Positions 1 to 10,736 of a stretch of DNA of 64,000 bases are shown one piece after another. The DNA comes from Trueperaceae bacterium (GTDB lineage Bacteria; Deinococcota; Deinococci; Deinococcales; Trueperaceae): assembly GCA_965213925.1 (NCBI GenBank), contig OZ243927.1, positions 1,216,001 through 1,280,000 on the forward strand, read 5' to 3'. The notes beneath the pieces were generated by a model, which was not told the DNA's origin, did no database searches, and was given only the letters and a program-made list of their open reading frames with translations. A program made the position numbers and the translations under genes. How positions within the stretch are numbered: position 1 is the first letter of the stretch; each line of letters begins with the position of its first letter.

Positions 1-1101
<1,101 letters not shown>

Positions 1102-1141
1102 AGGAGTTCCTTTCGAGGAAAGAGGTCTTTTCCTTGCATTC

Positions 1142-1160
1142 TATATCCCCTAGGGGTATA
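1142..1160. promoter_or_regulatory. CsoR/CstR-type operator candidate
   Basis: TATATCCCCTAGGGGTATA: C/G-tract inverted repeat with AT-rich flanks, about 40 bp upstream of the MBL/rhodanese gene. Confidence 0.6.
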
Positions 1161-1173
1161 AATCAAGTTAAGA

Positions 1174-1418
1174 TAGCAGGCATCATCTGGTCAGCTACAC
1201 TCTCACTAAAAAGAACATCGCCTAGCACGCACTTTCAGGGATGACCTGTTCCCGGTTACACCGTTTTCGCGAATGCGAAAGGGAAACTTCGTAAGCGTCG
1301 CGTGGTTCACGAAGTACTTCCGAAGGAAACCGCTCCCGCTAGCTGCTTTAGCGGGTATATCTGCGGAGAAGTGTTGCTTCGCATGGCTTCGCCCAAGCAA
1401 CGATAAGTGAAACTGCTA
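1174..1418 (+). mobile_element. Family-B MITE-like element with nested inserts
   Basis: TA-GCAGGCATCATCTGG...GTGAAACTGC-TA; 1212-1373 is identical to 19154-19315. Confidence 0.75.
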
Positions 1419-1474
1419 AGCTATGCCGAGATGTAATAACGTGAAGGGTAGGGGAGGGTCCGGCAAGCTAACCC

Positions 1475-3592
1475 TTATCCCCCGAGCGGCACCCTCGCGC
1501 TGACGGTAGTGCCTCTGCCGAGCGTGCTCTCGATGCGCAGCGAGCCGCCCAAAAGCTCCAAGCGTTCACGCATTCCGGCGAGCCCGACGTGATCGGTCGT
1601 GGAGAGTTTCGCTAAGTCAAACCCTTTGCCGTCGTCCTCGATGATGAGGTGAACACGCTCGCGCTCTGCGGTGATAATGACTGACGCGTTCTCCGCCTCC
1701 GCGTGGCGCACCACGTTGGTTAGAGACTCCTGCACCACGCGGTAGATGACCACTTCCACGTTGCGCGGGGAGCGCTCGGGCAGCCGCGCCAACACGTCAA
1801 TAGCCACGCCGCTCTGCGCAGCGAGTTCGCGGGCGAAGCGCCCCAAAGCTGCCTCTAAACCAAGTTCGTCCAACAGGGCGGGGCGCAGGTCGCGCGAGAT
1901 GCGGCGCACGTCCTCTAAGGTCTTGCTCGTCAGCTCTCTAAGGTGCCCTAACTTGCCCTCGCCGGGTCTCTCTTCTAACCGTTTGATGTTAAGTAGCATC
2001 GCCGTTAGGGACTGCCCGACTTGGTCGTGCAGGTCCCTCGAGATGCGTCCCCGCTCCTCCTCTTGCGCGGTTAAGAGTGCCTCTAACGCCCGCTGCCGCG
2101 CCGTCACGTCGAGGGCTAAAGCGGCGACGCGCACGGTCTCGCCGAGGTCGTTCTTGAGGAGCGTGTTATACCACTCGCAGGTGATAATGCGCCCGCCTTT
2201 CGTGATGTTGCGATTCGTGCTGCGGTAGCCGCCCGCCTCGAATTGCCCTTGCCAAACCCCGCTGAGTTGCTCCTTGACCTCTTTAGAGACGAGTAAGTCG
2301 GTAGTCTTTTTGCCCACGACCTCATCCGCGCGGTAGCCGAAGATGCGCTCGGCGGCGGGATTCCAGGCGGTCAGCACGAAGCTTTTGACGTCCCACTCGA
2401 TGACCGCTAGGGGCGTGTGCTCGACGTGCAGCGCCACGCGATTCTCGCTCTCGCGCAGCGCCCTTTCTGCCGTCACGCGCTCGGTAATATCCAGAATGAC
2501 GGCTGCGAAAAGGGGTGGCTTTTCGTCCTTGAAGAGCTGCAGATGCACCTCGGTAGGGTAGTGGGTGCCGTCTTTGCGGCGGTGCAAGGTGTTGAATAAG
2601 AGGGCGGCTTGCTCGCCCGTGCGGAGCGGACGAATCAAGTTCTCGAAACGTTCTTTAGAGAATTCCGGCTCGAGGTCAACGGGCGTGAGCGCCCTGAGTT
2701 CGACCATGCTGTAGCCCAAGTTGCGCCGCCCGCCCTCGTTGACGAGCGTGAAGTGGAGCGTCTCGGCGTCGAAGAGGTAGATTTCGTTTAACGAACTCTC
2801 CAAAACGCGCCCCAAGCGTGCCACCTTCGCCTCCGCCCGCTTGTGTTCGCTCACGTCGCGAATCGCCGCTGAGATAAGCGTTCGCCCGTCGGTTTCTAGG
2901 GGTGTGAGGCTAATTTCGACGGGAAACTCCGCGCCGTCCTTGCGCAGCGCGAGCAATTCCAAACCCGTCCCCATCGGGCGGGCGTGGGGATTGGCGAAGT
3001 AGTTCCGGTGATGCCCCTCATGCCTCGTCCGAAAGCGCTCAGGAATCAAGAAGTCCATGCGCTGCCCGATAAGTTCATCCCTTGTATAGCCGAACATCAG
3101 CGCCATCTGCGCGTTGACCATCGCGATAACGCCGCGCTCGTCCACGACCATGAGCGCGTCAATGGGGGCCTCCAAAAGCCGCTTAAACTTCGCCTCCGCC
3201 GCTTTGATTTCGGTCACATCTAAGTGCGTGATGAGCGCCCCGCCCGCCTCGCCCGTCAGCGGCGAGACGCTCATCATGTAGGCGTGGACGCCCGAGGCTA
3301 AGTCCCTTTGGTAGTCGAAGCGAAAGCCAGGCAGTGCGCCGCTAAGGACCGCCCGGACGCCCCGGCGACAGGCGCTCGTTTTCTCGTCACTCAGGTTTTG
3401 CAGGGGTTCGCACACGTCGCTGTAGTGCTGTCCGACGAACCCGTCAGACTGCGCCTGACCTTCGCAAAACTGCCACCACGCCGCGTTGACCACCGTGATG
3501 ACGCCGTCCGCGTTCACGATGACGGTCGGTCCCGCCAGAGCGTCGAGGACGTTCTGCGCGGCGACGGACAGAGATGTAGTCTTTCGCATCAT
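1475..3592 (-). CDS. Multi-PAS sensor histidine kinase (HisKA_3/NarX-type)
   Basis: Four PAS-like repeats, EEERGRISRDLHDQVGQ H-box, DDGKGF and GLAGMRER ATPase boxes. Confidence 0.92.
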   Translation of the reverse strand: MMRKTTSLSVAAQNVLDALAGPTVIVNADGVITVVNAAWWQFCEGQAQSDGFVGQHYSDVCEPLQNLSDEKTSACRRGVRAVLSGALPGFRFDYQRDLASGVHAYMMSVSPLTGEAGGALITHLDVTEIKAAEAKFKRLLEAPIDALMVVDERGVIAMVNAQMALMFGYTRDELIGQRMDFLIPERFRTRHEGHHRNYFANPHARPMGTGLELLALRKDGAEFPVEISLTPLETDGRTLISAAIRDVSEHKRAEAKVARLGRVLESSLNEIYLFDAETLHFTLVNEGGRRNLGYSMVELRALTPVDLEPEFSKERFENLIRPLRTGEQAALLFNTLHRRKDGTHYPTEVHLQLFKDEKPPLFAAVILDITERVTAERALRESENRVALHVEHTPLAVIEWDVKSFVLTAWNPAAERIFGYRADEVVGKKTTDLLVSKEVKEQLSGVWQGQFEAGGYRSTNRNITKGGRIITCEWYNTLLKNDLGETVRVAALALDVTARQRALEALLTAQEEERGRISRDLHDQVGQSLTAMLLNIKRLEERPGEGKLGHLRELTSKTLEDVRRISRDLRPALLDELGLEAALGRFARELAAQSGVAIDVLARLPERSPRNVEVVIYRVVQESLTNVVRHAEAENASVIITAERERVHLIIEDDGKGFDLAKLSTTDHVGLAGMRERLELLGGSLRIESTLGRGTTVSARVPLGG

Positions 3593-3695
3593 AAGGTCAG
3601 ACCCGCTTCGAGCAATTCAAGGTCTCTGGTACGCTTTAGTCTAGCAAATTCTATCTCGGAAGCGATTTGCTAGAAGCCAATAGCCCCTTATATCC

Positions 3696-3992
3696 TTGCA
3701 AAGCGTGGAAATAGAGCAGCTCGGACTTAGAATCTACCCCGAGACCTTAGCGCAGCTTTCCTGGACGGAACCGCGCCGTAAAGAGGTCGGCAGCGAGACG
3801 GGCTGGGAAGCCGACACCGTCCACGCCGACCAGTTTGGCGACCTGGTGACGAACCTGCACCGCTCGCTTTTAGAGCCGGAGGTGTCGCGGTGGCACGTCA
3901 GGCTCGACTACATCGACATCGGTCCCATCCGCCGCACCTTTACCTCGCCCAGCGAACACACCACAACTTTCGTAACTTTCAGTATTGATTAA
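3696..3992 (+). pseudogene. Fragment resembling the C-terminal domain of SAM hydrolase/chlorinase (DUF62)
   Basis: VHADQFGDLVTNL...IGPIRRTF resembles the HIDxFGNxxTN motif; N-terminal domain is missing. Confidence 0.45.
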
Positions 3993-4013
3993 AAGTAGTA
4001 AAAGAACTACACT
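3985..4013 (+). promoter_or_regulatory. Sigma70 promoter of the MarR-ABC operon, overlapping an imperfect inverted repeat (candidate operator at about 3975-3996)
   Basis: TTGATT-N17-TACACT; ACTTTCAGTATTGATTAAAAGT; SD AGGAGG before GTG 4031. Confidence 0.6.
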
Positions 4014-4030
4014 GACTGTAGGAGGTTTTA

Positions 4031-4525
4031 GTGATTTCTGAACTGTCTGAAGAAAAGCAGGTGTACATCGAGGAGTTAGCGATGGTCTTGGAGGGGTTCG
4101 GTATGACCCGCATCGCGGCGCGTGTCTTGAGTGCGCTCTTAGTCGCCGACCCGCCCGAGCAGACCGCCGAGCAACTCGCCGCGACGCTTCAGGCGAGCCG
4201 GGGAGCCATCAGTGGCGGCACGACGATGCTCACGACGATGGGGCTCATTGAACGTCGCCGCCGCCCCGGAGACCGCAAGGACTACTTCCGTAACAAATCC
4301 AACGCTTGGCTCGAGGCGACCAAGCAGCAAGTGACGATGATTTCGCAGCTGCGTAACTTGGCAGAACGAGGTTTGGAGGTTATCGCCAGTGACGATCCTA
4401 AAGTCACCGAGGGCTTGCGCGATATGCGCGACATGCTCCGCTTCTATGAGCGCGAGTTACCCGAGATGCTAGCGCGGTGGCAAGCCAAAGTAGAAGCAGA
4501 AAGAGCGAACGAAAGGAACGGATGA
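4031..4525 (+). CDS. GbsR/MarR-family transcriptional regulator
   Basis: GMTRIAARVLSALL...SRGAISG...PGDRKDYF winged-helix pattern. Confidence 0.88.
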   Translation: MISELSEEKQVYIEELAMVLEGFGMTRIAARVLSALLVADPPEQTAEQLAATLQASRGAISGGTTMLTTMGLIERRRRPGDRKDYFRNKSNAWLEATKQQVTMISQLRNLAERGLEVIASDDPKVTEGLRDMRDMLRFYERELPEMLARWQAKVEAERANERNG

Positions 4526-5748
4526 ACACCTCTATCTCCAAACTCGCCTGGCGCAATCTGTGGCGACACAAGCGGCGCACGCAGCTCTTGCTGGCAGTCG
4601 TGGCTTACGCAACCGTCGCCATCATCTTTTTCTGGGGCTTTTACGACGGCTTTGTCAACGTCCTTTTAGGCGGACAAGCCCGCTACTTGAGCGCTCCAGT
4701 CATGGTGCAGAGCGAGGCGTATCGCACCGACCCTGACCCGGAAAACAGCTTGCCGACGTTGGACTTCACGGACGAACTCACGCAGGTTGAAGGCGTGCGC
4801 GGGACCGCGCCGAGGTTAGAGTTTCAAGCCTTGATGCGCTCACCTTACCGGACGCTGGGCTCGCAGGTAAGAGGTATCGACCCCAGCTTAGAGCCGCAAG
4901 TCAGCGACATCCCCGGTGACATCGGTGAGGGGCGTTTTATTGAAAACTCCGGCGAACTGGTGCTGGGTATCGAACTCGCCCAAGACCTCGACGTGCGCGT
5001 TGGAGAACGCTTGGCGCTCGACGTGCAGTCGCTTGCCGGGGCTCAGGGGACGGGTTTGCAAGTCGTTGGCATCATCGACAGCAACATTAATCCGGTGGAT
5101 GAAGGGGTCGTGCTGGTGCATTTAGACGACGCGCGAACGCTTACGGGTGTAGACACCGCAACGGGTGTGGCGCTCGACGTGCAGCAAGGAGGTGAAGAAG
5201 AGGTTGCAGAAGCGGTCAATACCGCGTCGGTCTTACCTCAAAACGTCGGGGCTTATCCTATCTCTGAACTCTTGGGCGGTCTTTTAGCGGCGATTGAAGA
5301 CAAACGCGCCTCGATGATCCCTATTGTCCTGATGATTGCGCTGTTCGCCGCTGTTACGGTCATGAGCACCGTAATCGTGAGCGTGATTGAGCGCACGAGG
5401 GAGTTTGGCGTCATCACCTCTTTAGGGCTCGACCAGGCGCAGCTCGCGCGGATGGTGACGTTGGAAGCGGTTTACACTACCTTTATCGGCTTCGCCTTAG
5501 GCGCGGTTCTCGGGTTTAGTCTGAACGCGCTCATGTCCGCCACCAACCTGATGGGGCCTTTTATCAACACCTTTTACGGCGCGTACCTCTCGGGCTTGGC
5601 GCTCAGCGACACGTTTGTGTTCGCCTCGAGCCTCGCCTACCTCGCCTGGGCCGCCGTGACGATTCTCATCGCCGCCGTTTTAGCGATTACCGTACCCGGC
5701 AGGCGCGTACGCAACCTCAACCCCGCTGAGGCGATGCGGGCGAATTAG
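4522..5748 (+). CDS. ABC transporter permease (FtsX/MacB/LolE family)
   Basis: LAWRNLWRHKRRT start, periplasmic domain, ERTREFG motif; ATGA overlap with the regulator. Confidence 0.92.
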   Translation: MNTSISKLAWRNLWRHKRRTQLLLAVVAYATVAIIFFWGFYDGFVNVLLGGQARYLSAPVMVQSEAYRTDPDPENSLPTLDFTDELTQVEGVRGTAPRLEFQALMRSPYRTLGSQVRGIDPSLEPQVSDIPGDIGEGRFIENSGELVLGIELAQDLDVRVGERLALDVQSLAGAQGTGLQVVGIIDSNINPVDEGVVLVHLDDARTLTGVDTATGVALDVQQGGEEEVAEAVNTASVLPQNVGAYPISELLGGLLAAIEDKRASMIPIVLMIALFAAVTVMSTVIVSVIERTREFGVITSLGLDQAQLARMVTLEAVYTTFIGFALGAVLGFSLNALMSATNLMGPFINTFYGAYLSGLALSDTFVFASSLAYLAWAAVTILIAAVLAITVPGRRVRNLNPAEAMRAN

Positions 5749-5750
5749 AG

Positions 5751-5805
5751 GCAGAAGCAAGAAGCAAGAATCTTCTCTCTTCCTGCTTCTTGCTTCCTAC
5801 TTCTA
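5751..5805. repeat. Inverted heptamer arrays (empty)
   Basis: (AGAAGCA)x2-AGAA then TTCCTGC TTCTTGC TTCCTAC TTCTA. Confidence 0.85.
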
Positions 5806-5825
5806 CATTCTTAGAAAGGAATGCC

Positions 5826-6563
5826 ATGAAGTTCATCTACCTACTGTTAGCCATTTTTCCTCTCAGCCTTGCCAACGCTCAAGAGGACGCGGCGAGTATC
5901 CTAGACACCATTGTGAACAACCTGCGCGGCGAGTCGCAAGCGGCGACGCTGAACATGCAAGTGATTCGTCCGGACGAAGAGGACACCTACACCATGCGCA
6001 TCTACAGCGAGGGTGAAGAGCAGGGCTTAACCAGAGTGATTGCGCCGCCACGCGACGCCGGACAAGCCTTTTTGAACGACGGCGATAACGTCTTTATCTA
6101 CAACCCACGCCTGCGCCGCGTCTTGAGGCTACCGCCGAGCGGTCAGAGCGATTCGTTTTTGGGTTCGGACATCTCGTATAACGACCTTGCAGGCGACGAC
6201 TTAGAAGAGGACTACCGAGCGAGCGTCTCCGAAGAGACCGACGATAGTGTGACGCTCGAGCTTGTTCCTAATCCGAATGCACCCACCCCCTACGGCAAAG
6301 TCGAGCTGACCGCTATGAAACCCTCGTACGCGCCGACGAATATCACCTACTACGACCAAAGAGGTAACGCGGTGAAAGAAAACATCCTCTCCGACTACGC
6401 CGAGGTGGACGGGCTCAACATTCCGCAGCGTTTTGAGGTGACGGACTTACTCGAGGAAGGCCACCGCACCGTCGTCACCTGGCAGGACGCCGAGTTCGGC
6501 GTGGATATCCCGCAGGGCTGCTTTACGCAAAACGCTTTGGAGCGTGAGGGGGCGTGCGAATGA
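5826..6563 (+). CDS. Outer-membrane lipoprotein-sorting (LolA-like) protein
   Basis: Signal peptide; SFLGSDISYNDL motif; typical partner of these ABC operons. Confidence 0.8.
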   Translation: MKFIYLLLAIFPLSLANAQEDAASILDTIVNNLRGESQAATLNMQVIRPDEEDTYTMRIYSEGEEQGLTRVIAPPRDAGQAFLNDGDNVFIYNPRLRRVLRLPPSGQSDSFLGSDISYNDLAGDDLEEDYRASVSEETDDSVTLELVPNPNAPTPYGKVELTAMKPSYAPTNITYYDQRGNAVKENILSDYAEVDGLNIPQRFEVTDLLEEGHRTVVTWQDAEFGVDIPQGCFTQNALEREGACE

Positions 6564-6567
6564 GGGT

Positions 6568-6647
6568 AGAAGCAGGAAGCAGGAAGCAAAAAGCAAGAAT
6601 GGAAGGGCCTTTCTTCCTGCTCCTCGCTCCTTGCTCCTTGCTTCTCG
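6568..6647. repeat. Inverted heptamer arrays (empty)
   Basis: (RRAAGCA)x4-AGAA then TTCCTGC TCCTCGC TCCTTGC TCCTTGC TTCTCG. Confidence 0.85.
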
Positions 6648-6684
6648 ACTCCGCTGACATCGCAAATAGGCGGACAGCCCCACT

Positions 6685-7911
6685 ATGCTAGCCCTCGCTT
6701 GGCGCAACCTCTGGCGGCAGGGGCGGCGCAGCCTCATCTCGCTCGTCGCCGTCGCCATCGTCGTGCTCTTCGCCATCGTTATGTACAGCTTCGGCGGGGC
6801 GATGACGAACGGCATGTACGGAGATTTGACCCAAGAGGTGGGCAACGTGCAGATTCATACCCAGGGCTACCGGGACGCGAGGGGTTTTGGAGACGGGCTC
6901 TTGGAAAACGCGCAAGAGGTCAGAGAGACGGTCTTTCAAGTGTTGCCGGACACTGTTTCTGTCGGCTCCTTACAAGTTCCCGGACTGATTGCGGGGGAGG
7001 ACCGCTCGAGAGGCTTAGCGGTGCAAGGGCAGGACTGGCCCGAGGTTGTGCGTGAAGACTTCGTGGACTACCTAGCAGAAGGCACCTTTGTCGAGGGCGA
7101 TAACATCACCGGCATCATGTTGGGGCGTTCTTTGGCAACAGCGTTAGAGGTCAGCTTAGGCGATGACGTGTACGTCTACGCCCCCGGCACCGAGGGCTAC
7201 GGCGCAGCCGCGTATACCGTCGAAGGTCTGCTGGATTTCGACGACCCCAACCGCGAGATCAACGCGGCGTACCTCTCGCTCATAGCGGCGCAGGAGTTGG
7301 CTGCGCCGGACGCGCTCTCAAGGCTCGAGCTTCACTTCCCCGGCGTCAACACCTTAGCGCAAGACGCGCAGACGGCGGACGACCTAGCCGCGCTCAGAAA
7401 CGCGCTAGGGGACGGTGTGGTTGTAGAAGGTTGGCGAGACATCGACCCCAGCCTCGCCACGCTGGTTCAGTTCTTCGCACCTGTCATCGTGGTGATGTCG
7501 CTGATCTTCTTTGTGCTGGCAGGTCTGCTCGTTCTGAACACGGTTTACCTCAGCACCTTAGAGCGCATCCGCGAGTTTGGCGTCATCATCAGCTTAGGGG
7601 CGAGAGGTCGGCAGGTTATGGGCATGGTCACGTTAGAGAGCTTGCTCTTGTGCCTTTCGGGTGCGGCTGTCGGTCTCGCTATCGGCTTAGGCATTGTGGC
7701 GCTCGGTAGAAACGGTCTCGAACTACCCGGCTACAGCGAAGAGATATTGGCAGAATTTGGCTTGCCCAACGTCTTCTACCTCTCCATAGAGCCCTGGCAA
7801 GTGCTCATCGCCGTAGGTTTCGCCGTGCTCACCGCTATCCTCGCCGCGCTATGGCCCGCGCGCATCGCAGCGAATACTGAACCAGCCGAAGCGATGAGGT
7901 ACACCGCGTGA
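6685..7911 (+). CDS. ABC transporter permease (FtsX/MacB/LolE family)
   Basis: LAWRNLWRQGRRS, ERIREFG, PAEAMR C-terminus. Confidence 0.92.
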   Translation: MLALAWRNLWRQGRRSLISLVAVAIVVLFAIVMYSFGGAMTNGMYGDLTQEVGNVQIHTQGYRDARGFGDGLLENAQEVRETVFQVLPDTVSVGSLQVPGLIAGEDRSRGLAVQGQDWPEVVREDFVDYLAEGTFVEGDNITGIMLGRSLATALEVSLGDDVYVYAPGTEGYGAAAYTVEGLLDFDDPNREINAAYLSLIAAQELAAPDALSRLELHFPGVNTLAQDAQTADDLAALRNALGDGVVVEGWRDIDPSLATLVQFFAPVIVVMSLIFFVLAGLLVLNTVYLSTLERIREFGVIISLGARGRQVMGMVTLESLLLCLSGAAVGLAIGLGIVALGRNGLELPGYSEEILAEFGLPNVFYLSIEPWQVLIAVGFAVLTAILAALWPARIAANTEPAEAMRYTA

Positions 7912-8299
7912 ATCAGGAGCGAGGAGCGGGAAGCAAGGAGCAAGAAGATAGGGCAAAAACGTTTAGAGACCTCGTCGTGTGGCAGAAAGCTCACGCCTTT
8001 ATCCTAGACGTTTACCGCTACAGCGAAACGTTCCCGAAAACCGAGATGTACAGACTGACCTCCCAGTTACGCCGCGCGGCGGTGTCTGTCGCTGCCAACA
8101 TTGCAGAGGGATTCGCCAAAAGGGGTGTCGCTGATAAACTTCGCTTTTACGCTCAAGGTTCCCTCGAGGAGTGCAGCTACTACCTTATACTCGCTCGAGA
8201 TTTGGGATTCGGCGAAACAGCAAACTCAGCGAACAGCTTTTCGAAGTCGGACGGCTCCTCGGCGCATACATGAAAGCCATTCAAAAGCAGCGGACGTAG
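7908..8299 (+). pseudogene. Four-helix-bundle protein (23S rRNA IVS-protein/bAvd-like family), frameshifted, flanked by heptamer arrays (7915-7946 and 8316-8348)
   Basis: FRDLVVWQKAH...LTSQLRRAAVSVAANIAEG...QGSLEE; the canonical C-terminus LSEQLFEVGRLLGAYMKAI continues in another frame after about 8224 to TAG 8297-8299. Confidence 0.8.
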
Positions 8300-8362
8300 C
8301 ATGAGAGATTGACCATTCCCGCTCCTCACTTCTTGCTTCTCACTTCTACGAAAGGAATTACT

Positions 8363-9055
8363 ATGCCCCTTTTCAAGGTTAAATCTCTAAAGAAAACCTA
8401 TCAAATCGGCGAGGTCAAAACGCACGCTTTACAAGGTGTAGACCTTACGGTAGATAAAGGCGAGTTCACCGCCATCGCTGGACCGTCGGGCAGCGGTAAG
8501 AGCACGCTCTTGCACCTCATGGGCGGGCTCGATACGCCCACCTCGGGCGAGGTTTATTTGAACGACAAGCGCATCGACCAGCTCAGCAAGAAAGAGGCGG
8601 CGGCGGTGAGGTTGGATAAACTTGGGTTCGTCTTTCAAGCCTACAACCTCATCCCGGTGCTCACAGCCTTGGAGAACGCCGCGTTCGTTTTGGAGTTGCA
8701 GGGTGTGGGTAAAAAGGAGCGAGAAACGAAGGCGCTCGCGTCCTTAAAAGCCTTAGGTATGGAAGAATTCGCTGACCGCCGCCCCAACCAACTTTCCGGC
8801 GGGCAGCAGCAGCGCGTGGCGGTAGCGCGTGCCTTCGCCGCTAGCCCGGACATCATCCTAGCCGACGAACCTACCGCCAACTTGGACAGCAAGTCAGGGG
8901 GCGACCTCATCGAACTGATGAAGCGGCTGAACGAAGACGAGGGCGTGACCTTTGTGTTCTCCACGCACGACCCAAGACTTTTGGACCATGTGAAGCGCAC
9001 CGTGAATATGGAGGATGGGCGCGTCTTGCGCGAGGGGGCGTTGCAAGCGGCATGA
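8363..9055 (+). CDS. ABC transporter ATP-binding protein (LolD-like)
   Basis: GPSGSGKS, LSGGQQQR, DEPTANLD; SD AAAGGA before ATG 8363. Confidence 0.95.
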   Translation: MPLFKVKSLKKTYQIGEVKTHALQGVDLTVDKGEFTAIAGPSGSGKSTLLHLMGGLDTPTSGEVYLNDKRIDQLSKKEAAAVRLDKLGFVFQAYNLIPVLTALENAAFVLELQGVGKKERETKALASLKALGMEEFADRRPNQLSGGQQQRVAVARAFAASPDIILADEPTANLDSKSGGDLIELMKRLNEDEGVTFVFSTHDPRLLDHVKRTVNMEDGRVLREGALQAA

Positions 9056-9996
9056 GGTACGCCGCTATCCTCTTTATATCCTCTATGTTATTTACGTCCC
9101 TCTCCTTTGCGCAACTGAATTACAGAGGTGAGCTGGAGGTCGCCGAAGATGCAACTGTCGTTCTTGACTCAGGCGAAGAGGTCGGCTGGACGGTAGCGGC
9201 GCACGTCGAAGCGGACTACCGCTTGGAGCCCGTGACCTTGAACCTCGAGCTAGACCCCAGCCTCCGCTTTAGCGAAGAGGTCACAGCGGAACCTGGACTT
9301 ACTGAGCTTTACGCCGCAACCTCGTTAGGCGACGTCGAACTGAGCGCGGGGCGCGAACGACTTGCGCTCGAGTATGGACGCATCACGCTGCCGTTTGTGG
9401 TCGAGGAACTCAACGATAGAGGGGTGCGGTTGGGCGTGCCTGGGGTGCGGGCGACCTGGTTCCCGGAGAACTACCGGGTGCGTGGGGCGCTCTTCTATAG
9501 AGACACCGTAATCCCACTTATCAACGTGCGGCGGACCTTTGGAGCGTTCGAGTTAGAAGCGACAGCCCTGTACCAAGACCGTTTTGTGGCAGGCTTAGGC
9601 GGCAGCGGCTCCGTCGGCGACCTCGTCGTGTACGGTGAAGGTTGGCTCCTCACTGATCCGGTGAATGCTCGGGGTGCGCTTGGCGTAACGGGCTATCTGG
9701 GCGACAGGCTTTGGACGGTAGAAGGGGCGTATGCACCTCTTGAGCCGGACGCTTTAGCGCCCGAACTCGGTCCAGCGGCGGCGCGTGTGGCGGGGCAACT
9801 CACCTTGTTACAAAACGAGGACTCGAGCCTGCAACTAGACGCCCGCGTGGGCTTTCCAGAGACCGGCGTCGAGGTCAGCCCGACGCTGAACTACACCGCG
9901 CTAGGCGACCAGGAACTCACGGCGGCTTTCGGCGGACGCTTCAGCGAAGCGGCGACGGTACTCACCTTGAATGTAAGGATTCGGGCGTTTTTCTGA
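9052..9996 (+). CDS. Putative outer-membrane beta-barrel protein
   Basis: Signal peptide, alternating beta-strand pattern, C-terminal Phe; last gene of the operon. Confidence 0.65.
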   Translation: MRYAAILFISSMLFTSLSFAQLNYRGELEVAEDATVVLDSGEEVGWTVAAHVEADYRLEPVTLNLELDPSLRFSEEVTAEPGLTELYAATSLGDVELSAGRERLALEYGRITLPFVVEELNDRGVRLGVPGVRATWFPENYRVRGALFYRDTVIPLINVRRTFGAFELEATALYQDRFVAGLGGSGSVGDLVVYGEGWLLTDPVNARGALGVTGYLGDRLWTVEGAYAPLEPDALAPELGPAAARVAGQLTLLQNEDSSLQLDARVGFPETGVEVSPTLNYTALGDQELTAAFGGRFSEAATVLTLNVRIRAFF

Positions 9997-10003
9997 AACT
10001 GAT

Positions 10004-10235
10004 TACACCGTTAAGTAAAAAATGACTCATGTCATTCTGAACGGAGCCCTACGGCGAGCGTAGGATAGACTCCGCCCTACGGTAAACCATAGGATAGACT
10101 CCGTGAAAGAATCTCTGCCCTTGCTGACTCCTCTGATAGAGAAGGAAAGTTACGTAGTTTTGGCATAGCCAACCGAGACCCTCACGCCTTCGGCTCAGGG
10201 TGACAACAATGGCGCAGAATTTACTTAACGGTGTA
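10004..10235. mobile_element. Family-A MITE
   Basis: TIR TACACCGTTAAGTAAA / TTTACTTAACGGTGTA; CTGAT on both sides; internal GTCATTCTG...AGAATCTC and GAGACCCT...CAGGGTGAC hairpins. Confidence 0.85.
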
Positions 10236-10239
10236 CTGA

Positions 10240-10469
10240 TAGCGTTTCCACTTGAAGCTGCTACAGCAGCTTCAAATGTGAGCGGAAAAGAGCCTTTAGC
10301 TGGAGGTAGCGTTACGGGCAGCCGCCCTGCCGTTGCATCTTCAAATCAACGCACGTAGATAACGGCTCACTGTGCGTCGCGTGGTCCCGCTCCCGCTAGC
10401 TGCTAAAGGCTTCTCTGCGAATAGAAACAAACGCTGTCAGTGGTGTAGCAATGACTCGTGGAAATGCTA
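10240..10469. mobile_element. TA-flanked MITE (family-B-type ends) with a nested family-C element at about 10288-10414
   Basis: TAGCGTTTCCAC / GTGGAAATGCTA ends; internal AAGAGCCTTTAGC...GCTAAAGGCTTCT. Confidence 0.75.
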
Positions 10470-10485
10470 TGAAAGTAGACGACTA

Positions 10486-10596
10486 TAGCAGGTATCATCT
10501 GGTTTGAGCCAATCTCACAAGATAGAACATTGTGCAGCACACACCTTAGGGGATGATATCTGCGTGATTCAAGCTCAGTAGTTATGATAATTGCTT
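10486..10596 (+). mobile_element. Family-B element, minimal form
   Basis: TAGCAGGTATCATCTGG...GATGATATCTGC...TTGC. Confidence 0.7.
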
Positions 10597-10736
10597 TAAT
10601 ACGAGGTTGCGCGGCTTAGTTTGCAAACTAAGCCGTGCCCTTCACGGATGGGACGTAAACTCGGCGCTTCGCTTAGACGCTCGTAGCGATCGGCAGCGCC
10701 ACCCGAAACTCCGCCCCGACCCGTTATGATGTGCTC

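Noticed and set aside
1206..1400. Duplicated 60-68 aa ORFs here and at 19134-19340
   Set aside because: They lie wholly within family-B repeats and have no SD or recognisable protein features.
7908..8299. Diversity-generating retroelement (because of the bAvd-like gene)
   Set aside because: No reverse transcriptase and no TR/VR pair with adenine-specific mismatches in the window; the 429-bp and 222-bp repeats do not show that pattern.
10046..10102. Possible CRISPR array (28-29 nt repeats)
   Set aside because: The units are directly adjacent with no spacers, occur at most twice and have no cas genes nearby; they are modules inside MITEs.
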